Assembly: GCF_009914755.1 (NCBI RefSeq)
Contig: NC_060934.1
Reading direction: 5' to 3' (one strand)
Length of the DNA stretch: 64,000 bases
DNA from: the human T2T-CHM13v2.0 reference genome, Homo sapiens
Shown here: in pieces, positions 54,371 through 64,000 of the stretch
Layout of the letters: each line of letters starts with the position of its first letter
Position numbering within the stretch: position 1 is the first letter of the stretch
Notes under the pieces: generated by a model
Databases searched by the model: none
The model's input: the letters and a program-made list of their open reading frames with translations, nothing else
Told to the model about the DNA's origin: nothing
Program-made: the position numbers and the translations under genes

Positions 54371-54794
54371 CAGTTTACCTTTGAACAACATAGGTTTGAA
54401 CTGCATGGGTTCACAGATACATGGATTTTCTTCTGCCTTTGCCATCCCTGAGACAGCAAGATCAATCCCTCCTTTTCTTGTGCCTCAGCCTACTCAGTGT
54501 GAAGATGATGAGGATGAAGACCTTTATGATGATCTATTTCCACTTAGTGAATAGTGAAGATCTTATAATTCTCTTAATAACATTTTGTCTAGCTTACTTT
54601 ATTGTGAGAATGAAGTGTATAATACATATAACGTACACAACATATGTTAATTAATTGTTTATGTTATTGGAAAGACTTCTGATCAACAGTAGGCTATTAT
54701 TATATTAACAGCAGTTGAAGTCAAAAGTGATACAGTGATTTTTGACTTCATAGGGATCAGCACCCAAACCACTGTGTTGTTCAAGGGTTAACTG
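54371..54794 (+). mobile_element. Tigger2a (TcMar-Tigger) non-autonomous DNA transposon
   Basis: Terminal inverted repeats cagtttacctttgaacaaca / tgttgttcaagggttaactg; TA upstream; gaagatgatgaggatgaagacctttatgatgatc core. Confidence 0.92.
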
Positions 54795-55054
54795 AAAATG
54801 CAGTGGATTGCATGAGCATAAGATAATAATGAGATCTTATTACTTTCCAGTTGAGATAGGTGAATTTAAATTCTTCATAATATCTGCTGTCGATACATTT
54901 TCTCAGTAAAGTTTTATATCAAATAAGTTCCATGTTTTATTTCACATTTTTACCTCAGTTTCTAAATGTGTCATTATTACATTGGATTTAAAAGCAAAAT
55001 CCATTATAATCTGTTCTAACAAGATCATTTTTTGGTAGTCTCTTAAACTTCATA

Positions 55055-55160
55055 TTGGGAGATTACACTCCTTGAGGATAAGATTCATATTGTAACAATT
55101 TTCTATAACTTCCACAATGTTTTGCAGATTCAATAAGTATTTAATAAATTGAATTAAATT
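55055..55160 (+). mobile_element. L2 3' end
   Basis: ctccttgaggataaga ... ttcaataagtatttaataaattgaat. Confidence 0.5.
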
Positions 55161-57299
55161 TGCCTATACTCTTACAAATCATACTCTCATAAATCAACCT
55201 TCTAATCTTCAATTCCTCTAAAACATAGAAAAAATTGTCAATGTAAAAAAGCAAGAAATAAGATATTAACCATTTTTGTCATTCAAAATACGATTCATTC
55301 TTTCTTATACAGCTACCTTTGTCAGCATTCTTGCCATTGGACTGTCTAGCCCTTGAGTCTGTTATATCATTGCTTATTGTTACAGAAGGTAAAGTTTGGA
55401 AAAAAGAAGCAGTTATGTAAAGCAATATTAGAAAATCCCTGAGTTTCCCTTAGAATCTTGTGTCTTTTACATGTTTTTTATTTCACATAGATTAAGTTTG
55501 CAGAGTTGTGTTATAATTTCATGGGTGTATATGTCAGAGAGCCCTTTGAAGGCCTATTTAATCCAATTAAGACTATGTTTTCTTGTTTTAATACCATTAA
55601 ACTTTTTCTCTCTCTGATAATAATTGAGGAAAAAGAGAAAGGCATTCCATATAATACATCAGATGCCTAAGTGCTTTGGATAGTCATAAGCCTTTTCTCG
55701 TATAGCTTCCTAATTAGAAATGCCTGCTCTTCAGAGTTTTCTTAAGCTTTCCAACTTGCTCCTCCCATTTTATAAGAATAATAGTCTATTTAGGAAGACT
55801 ATTATCAAATAAAAATCAGAATGATCAGTGGACACCTATTTTAAGCCTTGGGATTTATATCATAATTCCCTAAGACTTTATATTTCCAGAAAAGAAATTC
55901 AAACTAAAAGTCACAATTACTATTATTATGATAATCCTGATAATATATGCATTTTCACTAAAAGAAGTTCCCACTTTTTTTTTCTTCTCTCTACTTTTCA
56001 ATAATCCTTGGGACCTTAGTAGGAATGTGCAATACTCTTATGGTATATTTTTAGTTTAAAAGTCTGAGTATATCTAATTACCACTTGGTAGATATTGTCC
56101 AAATTCGCTTTTGAATCCAAGTGTTTTTACCCTCATAGATTTTTTTTTAAAAGGAGTATTTGCTTGTTTCTATTATACTGTAACTATTGGAGCTACTAGG
56201 AGGCCTTTTAAATTTCACCAACAAGTAGGCAGAATGGGGACTAACTGAAGGGTTGATGGACTTAAAGAAAATAAATAACCTAACAAAGCCACAGGCTAAT
56301 GGCAAAACCAACATTAGGAACCAAGTCACTTTACTTGGGATTAGTGGATACCAAAATGTGCTTTCTCTGAAGCAGCACTTTATAAGGAAATATGAAAATC
56401 CACCTTTGTTGTCCTTCAGCTAAAGGGAATAAAATCGTGTGCTTTCTGTAATTTTAACCTTGTTATAACAGATGCTACATGAACTCAAGTGGAACTCTGA
56501 CTACCTTGAGAGCTGAATAAAATGCATCCCACCATCCAGTGCTTCTGCATCAGGGTATTAAAAAGAGAGACAGAAGGAAGAGACGAGAGAGGCACAAGTT
56601 CAGCAGTGTGAGGGACTTGGACACAATAGGAGAGAGAAAGAAATAAATGTCTGAATGTCATTGAAAGAACAGACAATGAAGGCATATGTAAGAGGCCTGC
56701 TAAAGCTATGGGACCTCAGAAGCCTATTTGTAAGAAATACAATTTAGAATAGGGAACTTGCAATACAGTGCCTGACCTTTATTTCCTTTCCTGCCTCGAA
56801 TTTGTCAAAACCTTTGATCGATTTTTCTATGAACATGAATTACTGCTACAATATTTAGTTGAACTACATGAATTTCTCAAAGCAGTAATGCAGTGCCATA
56901 GCATAGCTTAACATTGTTTAAGTAATATGGTTTGCTTATATTTAAGTCATTTCTAAGGGGCCTATGCAAACACGGTCTGGAGATCTATTTATGGTGTATT
57001 TACAAGGCTAAGAACAAAAATGCTATGAATGCATGAACAGTCAAAAAGCCATGCATTGTGTTACAGGGACTTCTATTTCTAAAGATGATTGTTGCATGAG
57101 GGTCTCTGCCTTTATGAAGGGAAATGTGTAGATTTCAACTAGCTCTGTATTATAATGTTTGTGTTTTGAAAAAGAAAATCATGTTTCTGCACTAAAAAAT
57201 AAATTCCTAATCAAACCTTTAAAATTAACATTTAGAACAGGGACAGAAACTTCTTTTGTTTCCTAAGTGTTTTGTTGTTCTTGCTGTTTAGTTTTAAAT

Positions 57300-57460
57300 A
57301 ATTTTTTAGAAGTTTTATTGAGATATAATTGATAGAAAAAATTGTACACCTTTAATATATTCACCTTGATGAGTTTGGACATGTGTGCATACAACAATAC
57401 CATCATCACAACCAGGGTACTGAACATACTTATTCACCTCCAAAAATTTTCTTTTGTTCT
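57300..57460 (-). mobile_element. Short L1MA/MB 3' end
   Basis: tttattgagatataattgat...ttgatgagtttggacatgtgtgcatac...tcacctccaaaaattt. Confidence 0.8.
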
Positions 57461-58574
57461 TTTTTAGTGGTGGTAGTATATTTTTAAGAATTCAGCCTTT
57501 GAGTAGGGTACTAAGGACCTTCAACAACAAATGGGAAAGTAAATGTACTAAGTCCATGTAAAGGGTTAGATCTTAGTGAGATATTCAAATTATGACCAAA
57601 TCCTCAAGAGGCTTGTAAACTGACTGTGGGTTTCCAGTTTGATTATCCACAGATAAGCCTTCATTTGCTCATTCACCTATTCATTCATATATCCATTCAT
57701 TCATTCTCAAGAAGAGGTATTTGTCCATATCTCACCATGTGGATGAGCAGGTGGTCAGTTCTCACTTCTTTTGCCATTAAGTGTGCTAAAATGCTCACCC
57801 TTGAACTCCAGGATGATATTTTCTCTCACTTTGCTTCATTACCAAAGTGGCTATCAAGATTCCCTCCCCTACCTTCTTTTTCTTTTTTTAATGTTTAAGA
57901 GCTGGAGTTAATTTCTTGACTTCTATAGTGGCACATGCAGATATATACCACTCAAGGCCTGTTGGATTAAAGTGTTAAATATGTCAACTAGCTAATGTTT
58001 TCTCAGAACCAGACAAATTAAACAGATGGAATTATTGAAATTATTTCAAAAGATAAACAATCATAGAATGGAAATAAACTACAGAAAGTAGGGGACTTGA
58101 GTAACTAAATCTCCTGGAAACATTTACAGCAGATGGTAAAGTATCCAGTCTCATTGTTATAAATGGATTTCAAAGGATCTCAGAGCAGCTTTACAAAATT
58201 TTACTGCACTAACAAATGGCAGCCAACCTCTGTAGTGAACACAAAATACTCTACCATACTTTCTACCTCCTTAAATTAAGACAATTTCTGCTTACACAGA
58301 AAATCTGTCTGTGGAAAACACTGCTGAGAATATGCAAGCACTTTAATCTGGAAGCCACAAGAGAAGCTTGCTTCAGAAAACTTCTTAATATTTTTCTTGT
58401 GAGTTATTCTCTTTACGCTTTTCACATTACAATATTACCAAGTTATCATAGTGTATTTTCTTTACTCCCACAGCAAGATAAGACTCTAGTTGTTGCTGGG
58501 AACTATGCATTGTGTAAATATGGGTTCACATTCTCCCTCAGTGCTTCTGGAATCATATACACAAATGAGATCAC

Positions 58575-58775
58575 TGCTGTCAGATCACTGGGATTAAGAC
58601 TCAACCTCTCTACTCACTGGCCATGTAAATATAGATACAGTACTCAGATTCTCTGAGGCTTAGCTAATTATCAGTTGATTTGGTCTACACTTACCACATT
58701 AACTATTTGAAAGGACTCATTGATATAACATGTGCTGAGAACAGTTCCTGACTCATAATCATTATTAAGGCAATA
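58575..58775 (+). mobile_element. MIR, diverged
   Basis: gtcagatcactgggattaagactcaacctctctactcactggccatgt. Confidence 0.55.
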
Positions 58776-59007
58776 TATAGCAATATGTGACTTTAAAACA
58801 GATACTACTATTACATAATAATTCATACTATACATTCAATATTTAAACAACAGGATTATAATTTTGTGAAGTAAATTTTGTACTCGAACAGAAAATCTAA
58901 TTCTATAATTATTTTCTGCAATATGGGTCATAGAACCAACAGAATATATTACTGGGTTCGATGTATGTATTTACTTATGCAATTAGTAATAAAATTCTTC
59001 ACTCATT

Positions 59008-59235
59008 CCTAGATTTGAATCCCAGGTGCTCTGTGTAGCAGCTGTATAGTCTTGGACAAGTTGCTTAATCTCTGTACCTCGATTTCCTCATTTGTACTTC
59101 AATTTTCTTATGTGGTAAATATAAAATTACTTAACTCAGAGCTATGAGGTCAGTTTTATCTGAGAGAATCCAGAAAAAATACTTAGCACACATTTCCTAG
59201 CATTCAACATGCATAATAGGTACTCAAAGAAATTT
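59008..59235 (+). mobile_element. MIR
   Basis: tttgaatcccagg...cttggacaagttgcttaatctctgtacctcgatttcctcatttgta. Confidence 0.8.
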
Positions 59236-60265
59236 CAGATCTCTATATATGATTAATATTTGAGTAATATATTAAATAAACTGACTATAATGTCTGAAAA
59301 TGCATGTCTTTATGTGACTGTACCTCTCATTGCACTCGGCACAGTGTTGTGAATGTATTTGTCATTTGTATGCTCTTTCTACCATACAATTCTGCCACTC
59401 CAATTAGCATACTGTATTGGAAAACAATCGAGTGCTTGCTTTATGTTTTACTAAATTTATACGGAACTACATTGACACTTCCTTGCCCTTCAGATGCTGG
59501 GACTCACTGGCTGCTTTCTAGTTCTCAGGAGTCTCTATGTGACTCTGTCCTTTACACTTGCCCTACATCATCACCCTCAGCCCTAGACAAAGTCAACATC
59601 GTTTTTAAAAACCTTCAAATATGTCTGCAGTTCACTGTATGAATATTCTCATTCTATCAAAACCCTGGACCTCACTAACTCAATGGAGCAATGTAGGATG
59701 ATAAAGTAGTTTATATGAAAGTCATAGCAAGCTTGCTTTGGTTATTCATCCAAACGTATGTTTTTAAAGGATGAAGCTTTTATCTGAAACAAATAAAATT
59801 ATAATTTGAAATTTCAAATAATGTGACTAATAGATTATGAATTCATTTCCAAATATAGAAATAATTAAAACACTTGGGGCTGTAGAAAAAGTGAGTGCTG
59901 TATCTATTATTTTCTTATATTAATTTTACCCTAGCTGCCAGAATTTAGTATTTTCAATATCAACTGAGAGATTTAAGGCTATTATAATTTTCCCATTTTG
60001 ATTTTCCTCTTCTATTTATAACTCACTTAAAGTAATTTGATAGTATACTCTGTGATGTGTCCCCATATATCAAACATCTAAAAAATATATTTGGAACCAA
60101 AGCAAAGATATATTTTACTACTACCACAGAGGTATAACCTGCTACTATTTCTTGATCAGAAGTAAACAAGTTGACTTCAAAGCAGTTGATCTAATTTTCT
60201 TCCCCATTCATTCAATGGTATTTTTGATTATTACAGAATATATTGAATTAGATAATGATAAATCC

Positions 60266-60277
60266 TTTTCTTTTTCT

Positions 60278-60318
<41 letters not shown>

Positions 60319-60615
60319 CAGAAATGGTTTGTCTCTCTTGCTGAGGCTGGAGTGCAGTGGCACTATCTCGACTCACTGCAGCCTCTGCATCCTGGGCTCA
60401 AGAAATCCTTCTCCCTCAGCCTCCAGTGTAGCTGGGACTACAGGTGAGCATCACCATGTCCACCTATATAATTTTTGTATTTTTTTTTTTTTTTTTTGTA
60501 GAGACGAGGTTTCACTGTGTTGCCTAGGTTGGTCTCAAACTCCTGGGCTCACACCATCCTCCCCCATCAGCCTCCCAAAATTCTGGGATTATAGGTGTAA
60601 GCCACTGCACCCGGC
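60266..60615 (-). mobile_element. AluJ with a 40-T tract
   Basis: ctcactgcagcctctgcatcctgggctcaag; aactcctgggctca; T40 at 60279-60318; degenerate TSD tgataaatcctttt / tgagaaggctttt. Confidence 0.93.
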
Positions 60616-60699
60616 TGAGAAGGCTTTTTATTATAGGCTGTTCCTATTGTTTTATTTATTTGGTTTGCTTGTTGGTTTTCAAGGTAAGATTGACATATA

Positions 60700-60905
60700 A
60701 GGTGGCATAATGTTTAAAGGTCAAGTTATAGAGATAGCTAGATTGAAGTTCAAATCCAGAGCCAAGTTACTTAGACTCTTTTTTCCTTTATAAAATAAAG
60801 TGGATAGCCACTTCATAGATTTGTTATAAGAATTAATATGATCATGCTGTCACACAGTTGCAAAGAGATACTAAAACTTGGCTCTGCCAAAAATATTAGC
60901 TATTG
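60700..60905 (+). mobile_element. MIR, diverged
   Basis: gttcaaatccagag; acttcatagatttgttataagaattaa; aatattagctatt. Confidence 0.65.
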
Positions 60906-61529
60906 CCATTAGGATTGTTCCCCTAAATACCTAAGGCATTTGCTGACAATTGGGTTACTCATCATGTCCTTCCAGGAAAAAAATTTAAAATGTTTAAAAC
61001 TTAGGAACTACTTTTAAAATTTAATTTTCAGACCTGACATAACACCGCTGAGGAAGAGAGATGGTAGCTGATTGGGGATAGATGTAGAGATCATTAATGG
61101 TATAAGAGTGTGAGAATATGAAGCATGATAGGATATGATATTACTCATACAGATTGCAAATACATGTCAAAATTATATTTATCATTCATTTAAGTAAAAT
61201 TCAACATTGTTTTATTCAAAAAATAAATGACACCTTTCACTCTACCTATTTAACTCTGGAAAATTTTACAAATTGAGCATGCCATTTTTTAGTATGAATT
61301 CCTTTATATCAGCTACATTGCTAACTTTGCCTTTGGCATTATGAGCAGAAAAAAAAAAGAAACAATATAATTAGTTCTGGAATATGAAAAGTGTCCAAGA
61401 AGAAGAGTAGTCTTGAGAAGTAGGGAACAGGATGAAGTCATTAGGGGACAGAAGGACAGAAGGGTAGGAGGGAGTGGGACCAGACAAGCACTGAACTCTG
61501 CATGCACACGTAGCAGTCTAAAATAGTCA

Positions 61530-61770
61530 TCCAGCACACAGACTCTAGGTGAAGATAACCAAGATGAATTGCAACTTCTCCACAAGCAACATGACTTTGG
61601 ATAAGGTATTTAACTTTTCTGTGTCTTAGTTTCTTCAACTGATAAATAAAAATGATGGTCATATCTACTTCATAAAATTGTGATAACTAAACTGATTAAT
61701 ACGTGTAATGAATAGTGTGTGGCATTTAGCTTAATAATGAAACATTTCATGAAAATATTAGCTACTTTTG
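61530..61770 (+). mobile_element. MIR
   Basis: tgactttggataaggtatttaacttttctgtgtcttagtttcttcaactg...ctacttcata. Confidence 0.75.
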
Positions 61771-62194
61771 TTAGCTAGCAACTCACAATTTCGCCTAAAG
61801 CTGACCCCATATCTAGGGTTAGGTTTTGAAAGAAATTCATCGTCATCAGAAGTAGGTCTGGAAGTTATAAAGGAAAGCTTAAAGAAACAGAAATATGTGC
61901 AACACCTACGTACAAAGAATCCATTTGAAAGCCCCCACTGAGCCCAGGGAGATGGCACATGTCCCCTTTGGGCATGTAATTCGGTTTCCTGAGGGTCAGT
62001 GTACTGTCTTTGTTACAACGGTCCCAAGGCAAACTTTTTAATAATTGTGATCCCACTCAATAGTCATGTTCACTTACTTTATAGGTACATTTGTGGCATA
62101 TTTTAAAATGTGAAGTTGAGTGCATTTCACTTAAAAACCAATGGCATTTAATGAAAACATGTTATAGAGGAAAAATTATTGATTTTTGTAAATA

Positions 62195-62335
62195 GGTAGA
62201 TCTTGTTTGTATTCTAGCTCCACAGCTTACTAATTTTGTGATATGGGCAATTTATATCCTATCTGAGCCTGTGTTTCCTCTACAATATGAGATAATTTCT
62301 ACTTTGAAGTATTGTTATGAGGGTTAAATATAAAT
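62195..62335 (+). mobile_element. MIR
   Basis: ttctagctccacagcttacta...gtgatatgggcaa...tctgagcctgtgtttcctc...ttgttatgagggttaaat. Confidence 0.7.
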
Positions 62336-63441
62336 TACTTTCTGGTTTATGGTGTTGGTGTATACTACTTCCATACATGATAGTTAATTTTATGAATAAG
62401 ACTTTAACAGTAAGCCGTAGAAAAATATAATGTAAGACTGATCCTTAGAATCTATCAAAACAGGTTGTAAAAATGACTTAAGGAAACATCTAGCATGGCA
62501 GTGACTAACATTTTGAAAAGCTTTATTTTTCCGTTGAGAACCATAGCCCAACACAGTGTCTGTGCTTCAGTGTTCCTCTTGTCAGGAAGGATAATATCTG
62601 TGATGCATCGACTAACTCTAATGAAAATTTTTATTCTTAAGAACAAAATATTTCCCAGCACAGTACATAAGGTCTTTGTGCTCATGTCAGCATTGGAGAT
62701 AAATCTCTGGGAAAGAAGTAGAGAAACTGCTCATTTCTATAGACATCAAAACACCAAAGTAAAAGTGAAAATAAAGGAACACAGCAGACTTTTTCTTTTT
62801 AAATGCCTAAACTGAAAACTATATCTACCAGGAAACATCCAACTCACGAATTACTTTAAATATGTTTTTAAAGCAGTTTGCTTGCTTTATAACAACAGAT
62901 TCATGCTATTTACTTGATGTTCCCCAGTGGTTGCTTTGTGGAGCTCAGTACCATCCTTGGAGACCATGGGCAATAAAAAGCATTTCTTCTGCACCAGTAA
63001 GACAAAAACAAACTGACTACTTCTCACATAAGCCTTGGAGGGCTTCCCTCAGTGGGCTTAGTGATCAGCAAATCATGTCAAATAAGCCTTTTTGTTATTT
63101 TTGTCGTAATAGTGTTCCTGGCAGGCAGTACTTAAGAATTCCCAGATTCTTAACTTTAACATAAATTCAATATACTCTCTTTTATTAAAAGTCAGGCTGT
63201 TGATTCACAGTAGTTCTTAGGTCTACGTTTCATTTTACACATATATGTGGATGTAATAGCTTTTTCCTTAGAACTCTTAAAAAACCGAATTCAGTAAAAG
63301 TCCTCTATTTATATTTTCTATGTGCCAACAACAGATAACCATCATTAATGTGAGCCAAATTTGAATTGAGGAGCTGAAATTAGGAGGAATTGAAAAACAC
63401 CTGAAGTAAATATTCAAGTAATGAAAGTTACTTTAGAATTA

Positions 63442-63777
<336 letters not shown>

Positions 63778-64000
63778 TTAAAAAGCCATATCTTTATTTT
63801 TTAAAAATTAATAATTTCAAAATGTATACATGTGAAATCTAACTGGGAATACTTTGTATCTACTTATAGCCCAAGATTAATTTTATTCTCAATTACTAGG
63901 AGATTTGCACAGCAGAGTGCATATTTACTTTAATCTGTATGACTAAAAGCCTCATTGTCAATGTGACTATGTCATCAATATCACATTCATGAATCTCCTG

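Noticed and set aside
54342-54554. ORF with acidic tail EDDEDEDLYDD
   Set aside because: Lies in Tigger2a and reflects its consensus sequence, not a host gene
58216-58656. 146-aa ATG ORF in mostly unique DNA
   Set aside because: No recognisable domain, composition typical of AT-rich non-coding DNA, runs into a MIR
60152-60700. 182-aa ORF with poly-Phe
   Set aside because: Read-through of an antisense Alu and its T tract; likewise Alu ORFs at 1008, 24893 and 63439

Overview
AT-rich, CpG-poor primate genomic DNA, probably human or great ape given the AluS/AluJ copies and a young L1PA2/3-like insertion. Roughly half or more of the window is interspersed repeat: L1 of many ages, Alu, MIR, L2, MaLR/MLT2/MER34-type LTRs, a degenerate ERV-L provirus, and MER3, MER30 and Tigger2a DNA transposons. 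I see no CpG island, RNA gene or recognisable protein-coding exon. The longer ORFs in the track that I could trace are L1, ERV, Alu or microsatellite read-throughs; the rest are short and look like chance ORFs. The L1s lie mostly on the minus strand, suggesting (not proving) a large intron of a plus-strand transcription unit. I found no defensible new biological system. The most unusual structures are: (1) a local inverted duplication plus younger direct duplications at the ERV-L 3' LTR (50.5-52.3 kb), shown to be local because the inverted copy carries flanking genomic DNA; (2) two twin-primed inverted L1s, one placing the L1 5' end pointing outward; (3) an old/young L1 chimera and an L1 lacking ORF2; (4) an AluJ with strong exonization signals and several short candidate exons on both strands. 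Subfamily names are from memory of consensus sequences, not database searches, and boundaries without a TSD are approximate.
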